From a virus (Duplodnaviria > Caudoviricetes): a DNA stretch of 39,344 bases. Positions 1 to 7,825 of this stretch are shown in pieces. Location: IMG/VR virus record IMGVR_UViG_3300020138_000013, positions 1 through 39,344 of that record. One strand, given 5' to 3'. The number at the start of each line of letters is the position of its first letter. Position 1 is the first letter of the stretch. The position numbers were made by a program, and so were the translations under genes. Below the pieces are notes generated by a model. That model saw only the letters and a list, made by a program, of their open reading frames with translations. It was not told where the DNA came from and made no database searches.

Positions 1-228
1 GTAGTTGATTCGGAAGTAGTCCTTATCATTGCTATCAACATATTCCCCCTCTTCTGATGCAATCTGTACAAGGTAATGCCACCACTCAGAAAAACTCATA
101 TCCTCCACCTCAGAAATAAGGAGGTCATCATAATCTCTAGGCTGTTCTCTAGCCACACTGGTTTGAAAAGAACAAAGAAGAATGAATGTGGCTACGCCAA
201 TTCCCACTTTCTTAAACCAAAGATTCAT
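1..228 (-). CDS. Partial ORF running off the window, with an N-terminal signal peptide; function unknown
   Basis: AAGGAG RBS then ATG at 228; open to position 1: MNLWFKKVGIGVATFILLCSFQTSVAREQPRDY...; not in the ORF track. Confidence 0.7.
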   Translation of the reverse strand, partial: MNLWFKKVGIGVATFILLCSFQTSVAREQPRDYDDLLISEVEDMSFSEWWHYLVQIASEEGEYVDSNDKDYFRINY

Positions 229-256
229 GATAATCTCCTTATAAATCAATCACTTA

Positions 257-1150
257 TCAGAACGGGATTGAATCCTCATCATCAATAAAGGCACCCTCGG
301 GGATGTCAGCATCGTCCACAGCCTCTGGCGTTGCTTCCTTTACAGGCTCTTTCTTTGTCGTTGTCTTTTTAGCCGGGGTTTTCTTAGCAGGAGTCTTCTT
401 TGCTGCTGGCTTTTCTTCCTTAGATTCTGCCTTAGATGCCTTGACAAATTCTGCTACAACAGGAACAACATTGTCAAGGATATCTCGGGCCAAGGTTTCA
501 ATACCGTCAACAGCATCAGCATCACGACAAGCATTCAGTACAGCATGCCCTACCATACTTCCAACATCCTTCTCAGACATGCCCGTATTCTTTGCTGCAT
601 ACTCGGCTTTTAGAGACATAGAAATGTTGTGTACCACCTTAGCGCCCTCAGCGACGGATTCATCGGTGAAGTGAATCACACCGTTCCGGGCTAGATATAG
701 GGCACCATTGATTGCATGACCCACTTCGATACCACTACTATCAAAAGGCTTATAAGACTCCTTGACACTACCACTTGAAGTGGTCTTTGTGGCAACGCCT
801 TCACCCTTCTTCACTAGCTTGATCTTGCTTACACCAGCATTAAAATAAACCTTGCCGTTGTATTCAGACTCTTGAACAACAATCTTCACTTTATCACCAA
901 CAGCCAGACTCACCCAATCAGGGCTGGACTGGCTACCAGCATTAAAACGAATTTCAGGGCTATTACCATCCTTCACTTTGATGTTGATGTTATTCACCCA
1001 ATCATCACCAATACGAACGCCTGCCCGATGAGTGTTACCATACCGATCTGGACCACCAGAAATCTCCTTAAAAGAAATCTGGTCTACCACACCCTCCACC
1101 ATGGTTAGTTCCACATCATTGATGGGGTCTTGTACTTTTGTTACTGCCAT
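257..1150 (-). CDS. Probable single-stranded DNA-binding protein with Lys/Ala/Pro-rich linker
   Basis: Beta-rich N-terminus, acidic C-terminal tail DDEDSIPF typical of SSBs, KKTPAKKTPAKK repeats, AGGAG RBS. Confidence 0.65.
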   Translation of the reverse strand: MAVTKVQDPINDVELTMVEGVVDQISFKEISGGPDRYGNTHRAGVRIGDDWVNNINIKVKDGNSPEIRFNAGSQSSPDWVSLAVGDKVKIVVQESEYNGKVYFNAGVSKIKLVKKGEGVATKTTSSGSVKESYKPFDSSGIEVGHAINGALYLARNGVIHFTDESVAEGAKVVHNISMSLKAEYAAKNTGMSEKDVGSMVGHAVLNACRDADAVDGIETLARDILDNVVPVVAEFVKASKAESKEEKPAAKKTPAKKTPAKKTTTKKEPVKEATPEAVDDADIPEGAFIDDEDSIPF

Positions 1151-1159
1151 ATTATCTCC

Positions 1160-1459
1160 TTAAATACCTAGAACGGGAGACTCTTCTTTAAATGAATCCC
1201 CAATGTTAAATTTGTTGATGATGTATCCTAGCAGGAGCCCCACAACCAGGAGGACACCAAAGGACACCGTACTTCCCACAATACCACCCCAGACAGCCAA
1301 CATAATAGACTGACCAGCCATGTAGTAGTTGAGGGCTGTAGCCGTTGTAGCCACAAAGAAAACGCATGGACTCAACACCACCCACAGACAAGACAGAAAG
1401 ATGATGCTTGCCTCTACTAGCTGACGGAGACGGCTGGATACCTTCGTGGTGTCCAGCAT
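1160..1459 (-). CDS. Small membrane protein (2 TM segments)
   Basis: Two long hydrophobic stretches; TAATG overlap with upstream ORF. Confidence 0.7.
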   Translation of the reverse strand: MLDTTKVSSRLRQLVEASIIFLSCLWVVLSPCVFFVATTATALNYYMAGQSIMLAVWGGIVGSTVSFGVLLVVGLLLGYIINKFNIGDSFKEESPVLGI

Positions 1460-1632
1460 TATCGCACCACCTTGACAGGAGCCAGTTGAATGATACGCTG
1501 GTTCTCATTCTTGAATTCTCGTGCTTCTTGGCGGGTGTTGAAAATCTGATTGTGGATGTGCCCCGAATCCTTGCTTTGCAGAACATAGCGGTAGATGTTG
1601 GGGATATCATTCATGTTAACAGTGTTGCTCAT
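1459..1632 (-). CDS. Hypothetical 57-aa protein (MSNTVNMNDIPNIYRYVLQSKDSGH...KVVR)
   Basis: AAAGGAG RBS, ATG at 1632, TAA overlapping the next ATG; below ORF-track cut-off. Confidence 0.75.
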   Translation of the reverse strand: MSNTVNMNDIPNIYRYVLQSKDSGHIHNQIFNTRQEAREFKNENQRIIQLAPVKVVR

Positions 1633-1686
1633 TTACTTCTCCTTTAACAAAATTAGCCCAATGGGCAATGAAAATATAATAAACTG

Positions 1687-1762
1687 TGGTACTACCGCCG
1701 GGGAACGATCCCGGAAAGGCCCCTTATAAGGAGGCTATTATAACCAATTTAATTACGGTAGC
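1687..1762 (-). tRNA. trnI: tRNA-Ile(UAU)
   Basis: Cloverleaf: acceptor GCTACCG/CGGTAGT, anticodon arm GCCTC-CTTATAA-GGGGC, T arm CCGGG-ATCGTTC-CCCGG, encoded CCA. Confidence 0.9.
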
Positions 1763-1771
1763 ATAAAATCT

Positions 1772-1846
1772 TGGAGCAGGTAGTCAGTAACGATCTGACT
1801 ATTCTAGTTTGGAAGACTAGTGTGTATCCATAAACACTTTACCTGC
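1772..1846 (-). tRNA. trnG: tRNA-Gly(UCC)
   Basis: Acceptor GCAGGTA/TACCTGC, anticodon arm CTAGT-CTTCCAA-ACTAG, U73 discriminator, encoded CCA. Confidence 0.92.
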
Positions 1847-1847
1847 A

Positions 1848-1936
1848 TGGCACCGCCTGGATGAATCGAACATCACGGCTCCACCCCTCTGCTTTTATGC
1901 CTCAAGTTTAGAAGACTCGTGAGGGGAACAGGCGGC
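1848..1936 (-). ncRNA. tRNA-like RNA with UCU (Arg) anticodon-like loop, 8-bp acceptor / 4-bp T stem and non-canonical D region
   Basis: GCCGCCTG/CAGGCGGT + GCCA end; GATG-TTCGATT-CATC T arm; CGAGT-CTTCTAA-ACTTG arm; CCCCTC/GAGGGG encloses the anticodon arm. Confidence 0.75.
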
Positions 1937-2560
1937 ATTAGAACTTTTTACCTTGGCCCAATACCCTCTAGGGGGTTTATTGATACCAAACTTTTTACAT
2001 CTCTTTTCCACGGCCTTGTCTGAAACACCATAGATTTTTGCAACCTCCACAGTCGGCATTTCCCACACAAGGTTTTGTAATTCTTCTTTTGTGGGGTTAA
2101 ACTTCATTACAAGTTTATGTGAGCACTCAGAAGAACAGCAAACCGTTCCTTGTAGATTTTTCAATCTCTTACCCTCTGCTGCAAAGAAAATACTAAAACA
2201 TACAGGACACAAAAATACTTCCCACCTTGCACGTTTAGATACAACCCCATTCACCACTACTGAACCATTTTCTATCCTTTCTCTAAGGTGTTTCCTAGCA
2301 TGATCCTCGCAGGAAAGCAATTCCAAATTTTCGTAGGAATTGTTGCTCCGGTCTTCATCTTTGTGGTGGACATGAAGGCTTCTATCAAAATCTGGATTAT
2401 GCAACCACACCACATACCTATGTTCATACACCTTTCCTGCCTTATTTGCCAGGGTGTGGTATGGTGCATAGGCGTAGAAATAGCCATTCTTGTCGCGCCT
2501 AAATTTATGCTTAGGTATTTCCCTTAAATTCTTATTCTCTCCCTTCATATTTACTTTCAA
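1895..2560 (-). CDS. Free-standing HNH homing endonuclease with Zn-ribbon and C-terminal HTH
   Basis: YEHR...HVHHKDEDRSNNSYENLELLSCEDH motif, CPVC/CSSEC cysteines, TVEVAKIYGVSDKAVEK HTH; start uncertain (TTG 2560 or ATG 2548). Confidence 0.85.
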   Translation of the reverse strand: MKVNMKGENKNLREIPKHKFRRDKNGYFYAYAPYHTLANKAGKVYEHRYVVWLHNPDFDRSLHVHHKDEDRSNNSYENLELLSCEDHARKHLRERIENGSVVVNGVVSKRARWEVFLCPVCFSIFFAAEGKRLKNLQGTVCCSSECSHKLVMKFNPTKEELQNLVWEMPTVEVAKIYGVSDKAVEKRCKKFGINKPPRGYWAKVKSSNAACSPHESSKLEA

Positions 2561-2737
2561 AGCCTACTAATATAAACCCCACAATGACTCATATCCATTC
2601 TGCCTCGCACCGGCAATAAACACTCAGTAATGTAGGCTTTGCACCCACTCGGGACTCAAATTCGATCAGCCCTACTCTAGCCCGGACGTAGCCACAGGCA
2701 CCTTTAACTTGGAGATAGGAAATTTGCTACGCCTCGG
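2558..2737 (-). ncRNA. Candidate structured non-coding RNA between the 55-aa ORF and the HNH gene
   Basis: Stems 2726-2737/2682-2692, 2632-2641/2558-2567 (10 bp perfect), 2601-2615 hairpin; possible pseudoknot 2712-2719/2671-2677. Confidence 0.4.
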
Positions 2738-2741
2738 AAAT

Positions 2742-2909
2742 CTACTCTGCCAGTGAAAGAACAGGGTGTTTCACAATCTTCTTTGCTTCACGCATTGAAT
2801 CTGCCTTTCCCACCTTCTTCCACGAAACATACCATTCCATCTTACCACGCTTATCGGTCCCTGCCTCACGATAAATAGGAACGAGAACATCGTATTTCTT
2901 TTTAGCCAT
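2742..2909 (-). CDS. Basic 55-aa hypothetical protein (MAKKKYDVLVPIYREAGTDKRGKMEWYVSWKKVGKADSMREAKKIVKHPVLSLAE)
   Basis: AAAGGAG RBS 6 nt before ATG at 2909; below ORF-track cut-off. Confidence 0.75.
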   Translation of the reverse strand: MAKKKYDVLVPIYREAGTDKRGKMEWYVSWKKVGKADSMREAKKIVKHPVLSLAE

Positions 2910-3042
2910 CTACTTCTCCTTTCTAGTTGAAATCTGTGCCCCGTTGTGGAAAATTTGGGCATGAAAAACATTTCTGTTCTTCCTCAGCCTACCACACTCC
3001 CGAGGACTTTAGGATACGTCTATCCCTTCCTTAATGAACAAC

Positions 3043-3071
3043 ATTGTACAGCATGTTTTCTGATTTGTCAA
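3043..3071 (-). promoter_or_regulatory. Sigma70-type promoter for the RNA/tRNA cluster
   Basis: TTGACA-17nt-TACAAT. Confidence 0.85.
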
Positions 3072-3337
3072 GCCTTTTCTACAACAATCTCAGAAATTTT
3101 TCCAACATATTCCAGATTCCCCTTATCCCATAATTCCCAACAGTTATGGGGGTCATCAAAGAAGCCACCAAAGTTTCCTGTAATATTTACAAGGATTTTA
3201 ACGTGTAAACCCCCACTTCTCCCTCCGTGTGATGCAACATAGAGGTCATCAAGCCAACCTCTTACCTTCCACACAGTTCCATAGTCAAACGGAGGAAGAG
3301 GCTTTTCTTCGGTGTTTTCTTTGAAGGTGATTTTCAT
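3068..3337 (-). CDS. Hypothetical protein
   Basis: 89-aa ORF with AAGGAG RBS directly after a consensus promoter. Confidence 0.75.
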   Translation of the reverse strand: MKITFKENTEEKPLPPFDYGTVWKVRGWLDDLYVASHGGRSGGLHVKILVNITGNFGGFFDDPHNCWELWDKGNLEYVGKISEIVVEKA

Positions 3338-3367
3338 GTTCTCTCCTTTGTTAAGTGTATGAACAGA

Positions 3368-3396
3368 ATTCTACAGAAGAATTTTGTGTTTGTCAA
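3368..3396 (-). promoter_or_regulatory. Sigma70-type promoter
   Basis: TTGACA-17nt-TAGAAT. Confidence 0.85.
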
Positions 3397-3429
3397 GGGA
3401 AATTTATGTTGTTGAAATGCAACATTGTA

Positions 3430-6400
3430 TTAATGGCATCCAGCCCAATCCTTATTGACAATGTATCCTGCTGTCAAGTCCACATTCAGTTTGTAGTACC
3501 TTCCAGCCTCATGTACGGCTTGTGCGGCAAGTGCCCCTGGCAGACTGTAAGCAACATAGTACCCTCCTCTAGGGCTTTCACTGATATCAGACCAGACTAC
3601 ATTTTGTGCATCCTTAAATTCCTGTGCCTGATCTTTCGTTTCAAACATCTTGAATTGGACAAGACTCCTACTCACTTCCATCTGTGCCTCATCGTGGTAG
3701 GCTATGAGTTGTTGTGCAAAAACCTTATTCTTCCAGTCATCAACAAAAAAGTCAACAGCAAGATTGTTGTTTTTAAGCAACTTATCATGAATCACCATAG
3801 CACGTTTAGCACAAATAACGCCTGCACTCTGGAACAAACTGTTTAGGATAGCATGGGAAGATCGGGTAGGAACTTTACGTCCATCCAAACCAAGAATAAA
3901 TTTCTTTTTCCCAACACCTTCCCAATATTGCTTCAACTTTTCCTTCAAATCTGCAAGAGGCTTTGCTGCCTCCCAGAAAGCATTAAAAACAATTTCTCCT
4001 GTCTTTAAATCTGCCCCGATAGTCTTAGCAACCTTTGATGCCTGCGCCCCATAGGTACAGTTTCCAGTGATGCCAACAAAATCATCTTGCCAAATAACAA
4101 ATGTACCGTTGTTGGTAGTGAGACAAAAAGTATCTTGGATGCCCATTGATTCCTTCTTCAACTCTTGACAAGTAATATGTTTCCTCTTTTGTGTACGGAT
4201 GACTTTGCATTTTTCTCCTTCTCCCTTAGAGTTGAATGTGATTCTGCCTCTACCCAGAAGTTGGGCTGCGGTTACTACAGCATCAAATATCTTCCCTTCA
4301 TTCTGGGTGATGGCCTCTGCTTTATGGCGATTTTTCATCTCCCCGTCCCCAAGATAGAAACCCTCATAGAAGGCTTCTAAGGATTCTCTTGTCAAGGAAA
4401 CCACCCACTTCACCCAATCTACATCATGTTTATCCAACCTACAGCCAACAACACGATCTATAAAAGGTCTTGCTGATGCAGATTTGACAGAATAAAGAAA
4501 CACCCTGTTATTGTTCGAGTTATTCTCTCCTTTCCAGTAGTCTAAACCCAGGTTGTTCAAAGCAGACTCCACCTCCCGCCACGACTTGTGTTCTGCCTGT
4601 GCCAAAACCATCCGAATCTCTTTCCTTTTCCCGAAAGAACTGGAAGTGGTTTCTGACTTCTTAGACCAAGCATAGTAACCATCAGACAACAGCAATCCCA
4701 TAAAAAAGGCTTCTTCTTTCGTGACAGGAGAGTCTCCACCTTTATAGGGTGCAGTCAGTACAATATTGTGCTCTGTCGTCAAATCCTCCGCATTAAAAAA
4801 GCCATAAACCTTTTCTCTAGGTTTATTTTTTAGTGAGCTACGTCTCCAGCCATACCACCTGTGATCTTCTGTACACTGAAAACTATCAAATTTGTTGGAG
4901 AACTTAAACACTTCTTTGTCTGTGAAAAAGTGTTTCTTTGTCACAACATCCCTTTCAACAACCCCTGTTTCGCTGTTAAAGGTTAAAACTTCCTCGCCTT
5001 CTACAATATCGGCGTACTCCTTCCACCCTTCTACAGTTAGCACCTTTGTATGCAAAGGCAGACAAGCGTATTTCACCGCCTTAGCGGGGCCACGAGAAAA
5101 TTCCTTCCTGATGATACGGGATATCTTCTTAGCCGTGCTCGTATGAACATCATAAGGTTTTTCTTTTAACAGTGAATCACAATATTCCCTCGGGGATGAT
5201 TCGTACTTCCAGCAATAGTGTGCCTCTTCCCGTGCTTCCAAAGAGTCAAAGTCATATCCGATCTGAAAAAAGCCCTCATCTACCCCAAACAAAGCCCTCA
5301 TGTTATGTCCGTACAAAGAAGTGACACGAGGGATGTTAGCTACCACCTTATGTTTCATTCTTGATGTGGCTGCACCACAGGTGTCTGCTGGCGTAGGAAT
5401 ACGGCCATCCTCCCTTACAGAAGCCATATACCCCTTTTCCGCCTCATCCTCGTCATCCCAGGACACGCCCCCACCCAAAATACTGTTCCTGCGGTGTTTG
5501 TAGGTGAGATATTCCACTACATCCCGTACGTAGGGAAAAGATTCCGATACACGTTCAAGATCAGGACACAACTCTTTTTCCTGGCCTACAGTGAACGTAG
5601 GATTTGTCTGTACACGCACCGGCTTTCCTGGTTTAAAGGACATCAACTTGTCTTTCAACTTTTTAGGACTCACCCCTAGATATTCACAACGAGACGTACA
5701 GAAGGAAGACTCGAGGGTTTGTGCTACATAACGATCTACGGCGGCTTCAAATTTCTCGGGAGACAACTTCTGTTTCTTTGTATCTACGGACAGGTCTTTT
5801 TCCTTCCATTCTGAAGGATTCCATCCCAGACCCACCAACCACTCCTTGATGTGGGTGCTGTCATCAATCGTAGCTTCAACCTCGGTCACTAGCGGTTCTA
5901 GCGCCAACGGCAACTCACGAATCTCCCCCAACACATCTACGTGCCTATCATCAACAAAACTACCACCGTGTTTTTCCACCCACTTGATAAGATGACTGCT
6001 GTGTGATCCATCTTTTTTAAATTGAATCTTTGGTGGGATGTACTCTTTCATAAATGCCTGTGTGGCCTTCTTCTTTGGAAGAAGAGGCTCTACACGTAAA
6101 CGACGCTCCTCTAGCAAAGCATCCAACTCCCGGATAGATTCTTCTGCCAAGTCTTTGTTAAAAGCAAAACCCCTGTGAGACTGGCGTGTGATGATGTCTG
6201 CCACGGATTTCTCCAGGGAAACAGCATCGTCCCACTTCCAGCCTGAAGCCTCTTGTTGCAGAAAGTTGTACACTTCCAGGTTTGACAAACAATCGTAGAT
6301 GTTGTAGTAGAGCATGTCTGCTGCAAAATGCTTAAACTTATCCTGCCCCTTCAAGTGTGGCCTAAAATTCACCTTCCTAACGGCCAGACTTGAGGACAGT

Positions 6401-6882
6401 ACATCAAGACTATGCCCACCAAAACGATCAGGATTAAGTGTTTTAGATAGCACAAGTGTATCTACAAAATCTACAGGATTACCACACCATGAATCCTCCT
6501 CAATGGTGTAAGGCATCCCAAAGTAAGCCTTGCAGGCAAGCAGGTCGTATGAAATCTGATTGTGGGCAATAATAGTTTTGTGTGTGCAGTTGGCTTCCAC
6601 CCAGGCAGGGAAGTCCTTCAATGGGAGGTGCGTATACTCCACTTCGGCATAGAATTCTAGGGTGTATTCTACACCACCAATCACTTCCTTGTATTCCCTA
6701 CCGTCCAAGATGTATTTAGGGCCATCGTAGAAGGCATACACTTGTTTTGTAGTTTTATCCACCACTACAATGCAGTGCATCTTGAAATCGTTTTTCAGCT
6801 TGTAGGGTGAGGCGGTGTAGTCTACTGTAGTAGCATCCAACAACCCGTTTGCCTCAATATCCCACACCCAACCTTCACTCAT
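3430..6882 (-). CDS. Family A (T7-like) DNA polymerase precursor with 3'-5' exonuclease and an intein
   Basis: Exo motifs WDIEANG, AHNQISYD, YNIYD; motif A GYDFDSLEAR; motif B RGPAKAVKYA|CTYG; motif C YHDEAQ. Confidence 0.95.
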   Translation of the reverse strand: MSEGWVWDIEANGLLDATTVDYTASPYKLKNDFKMHCIVVVDKTTKQVYAFYDGPKYILDGREYKEVIGGVEYTLEFYAEVEYTHLPLKDFPAWVEANCTHKTIIAHNQISYDLLACKAYFGMPYTIEEDSWCGNPVDFVDTLVLSKTLNPDRFGGHSLDVLSSSLAVRKVNFRPHLKGQDKFKHFAADMLYYNIYDCLSNLEVYNFLQQEASGWKWDDAVSLEKSVADIITRQSHRGFAFNKDLAEESIRELDALLEERRLRVEPLLPKKKATQAFMKEYIPPKIQFKKDGSHSSHLIKWVEKHGGSFVDDRHVDVLGEIRELPLALEPLVTEVEATIDDSTHIKEWLVGLGWNPSEWKEKDLSVDTKKQKLSPEKFEAAVDRYVAQTLESSFCTSRCEYLGVSPKKLKDKLMSFKPGKPVRVQTNPTFTVGQEKELCPDLERVSESFPYVRDVVEYLTYKHRRNSILGGGVSWDDEDEAEKGYMASVREDGRIPTPADTCGAATSRMKHKVVANIPRVTSLYGHNMRALFGVDEGFFQIGYDFDSLEAREEAHYCWKYESSPREYCDSLLKEKPYDVHTSTAKKISRIIRKEFSRGPAKAVKYACLPLHTKVLTVEGWKEYADIVEGEEVLTFNSETGVVERDVVTKKHFFTDKEVFKFSNKFDSFQCTEDHRWYGWRRSSLKNKPREKVYGFFNAEDLTTEHNIVLTAPYKGGDSPVTKEEAFFMGLLLSDGYYAWSKKSETTSSSFGKRKEIRMVLAQAEHKSWREVESALNNLGLDYWKGENNSNNNRVFLYSVKSASARPFIDRVVGCRLDKHDVDWVKWVVSLTRESLEAFYEGFYLGDGEMKNRHKAEAITQNEGKIFDAVVTAAQLLGRGRITFNSKGEGEKCKVIRTQKRKHITCQELKKESMGIQDTFCLTTNNGTFVIWQDDFVGITGNCTYGAQASKVAKTIGADLKTGEIVFNAFWEAAKPLADLKEKLKQYWEGVGKKKFILGLDGRKVPTRSSHAILNSLFQSAGVICAKRAMVIHDKLLKNNNLAVDFFVDDWKNKVFAQQLIAYHDEAQMEVSRSLVQFKMFETKDQAQEFKDAQNVVWSDISESPRGGYYVAYSLPGALAAQAVHEAGRYYKLNVDLTAGYIVNKDWAGCH
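4060..5064 (-). mobile_element. Intein (335 aa) with LAGLIDADG homing endonuclease, inserted in polymerase motif B
   Basis: Begins CLPLHTKVLT, block B CTEDH, LAGLIDADG-like FMGLLLSDG and FYEGFYLGDG, ends TGN followed by Cys+1; excision restores KAVKYACTYGAQ. Confidence 0.92.
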
Positions 6883-6892
6883 TTCTTCTCCT

Positions 6893-7192
6893 TTAATTTA
6901 CATCTGGTGTGATAAAAATTCCTGCAATAATCTCTGGATAGATGTTTTCCCAACACTCTATAGCCCCATCCAGACATTCTTGCCACTGTTCAGGGGTATA
7001 GCCCCCTTCACACACAATGTTATACCCTACAATCCACGCCTCCCTATCACTGTCGTAATAGGGACTGGCATAGTCAATCTCAGCATTATCCAACATTTCG
7101 TGGATTTCGTCAACCTGCTCGTCTGACAGTTCTTCCACAAGAGCCTTATAGGGGAGACCATAAATGGCCTGTGCTGATGTAAAAATTCCCAT
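6893..7192 (-). CDS. Acidic hypothetical protein
   Basis: 99-aa ORF with AAGGAG RBS, in operon. Confidence 0.75.
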   Translation of the reverse strand: MGIFTSAQAIYGLPYKALVEELSDEQVDEIHEMLDNAEIDYASPYYDSDREAWIVGYNIVCEGGYTPEQWQECLDGAIECWENIYPEIIAGIFITPDVN

Positions 7193-7210
7193 AGTATTCT
7201 CCTTTAAAAT

Positions 7211-7825
7211 TCATTCTCCGTGTGTGGGAGAATATCCTAGTTCGGAAATCCTATCTTTTCGATAGGCACATGCCTTTTCGTAGGCATCACTCCCATCACC
7301 GACAATCCTAAAATGCTTCACACGCTGCTTCCCTTTTTCATCAGGCCAGCGAGCAACCCAGTAATCCGTATATTTTGTATCGCTTCCTGGATGGTACTTT
7401 CTATTGAATTGCACACCTTGCGTTCCAGAGGTGTTGTTCTTACTCTTACTCCTGGATTTATTGTTTACGATATTAGGAACATCTCTTAAGTTTTCAATTC
7501 CATTGCTCATTCTATTCCTATCCTTGTGATCTATCACCCTTTCGGGCCAATTTCCTGTACAGATAAGCCAAACAATTCTGTGTGCCAACAAAGAATATCG
7601 CTTCCCTTGAAATGTTACACTCACACGCTTGTAACCAGATTTGTCAATATATCCTGCCGATTTTCCTCCCCACATCTTGTTGGCCCGTTTATTTTGACGA
7701 TTCTCTGGATACCTGATTCTCCATCGTAAGTCACCGTCAGAATATTCAAGCAATTCCTTAATGTATTCCCCGAGTTGGGGAGTCTCTTTCTCGTGCATCT
7801 TGTCAAATACAGTTTTAGAACTCAT
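7211..7825 (-). CDS. Free-standing HNH homing endonuclease with AP2-like C-terminal DNA-binding domain
   Basis: LAHRIVW...IDHKDRNRMSNGIENLR; NTSGTQGV...WVARW...AYEKACAYR. Confidence 0.88.
   Translation of the reverse strand: MSSKTVFDKMHEKETPQLGEYIKELLEYSDGDLRWRIRYPENRQNKRANKMWGGKSAGYIDKSGYKRVSVTFQGKRYSLLAHRIVWLICTGNWPERVIDHKDRNRMSNGIENLRDVPNIVNNKSRSKSKNNTSGTQGVQFNRKYHPGSDTKYTDYWVARWPDEKGKQRVKHFRIVGDGSDAYEKACAYRKDRISELGYSPTHGE

Noticed and set aside
1206-1610. 134-aa ORF from the track
   Set aside because: Overlaps two translationally coupled genes with better start signals (1459-1632 and 1160-1459)
2670-2737. Possible HDV-like (theta) ribozyme near the tRNA cluster
   Set aside because: No P3/L3 or P1.1 in the required positions, and it does not follow a tRNA 3' end
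2771-2971. 66-aa ORF from the track
   Set aside because: Weak RBS; the overlapping 55-aa frame (2742-2909) has a strong RBS
2960-2990. CTGAGGA...GAAA on the minus strand resembling a hammerhead ribozyme core
   Set aside because: No stem II between the motifs and no stem I/III pairing around a UH site
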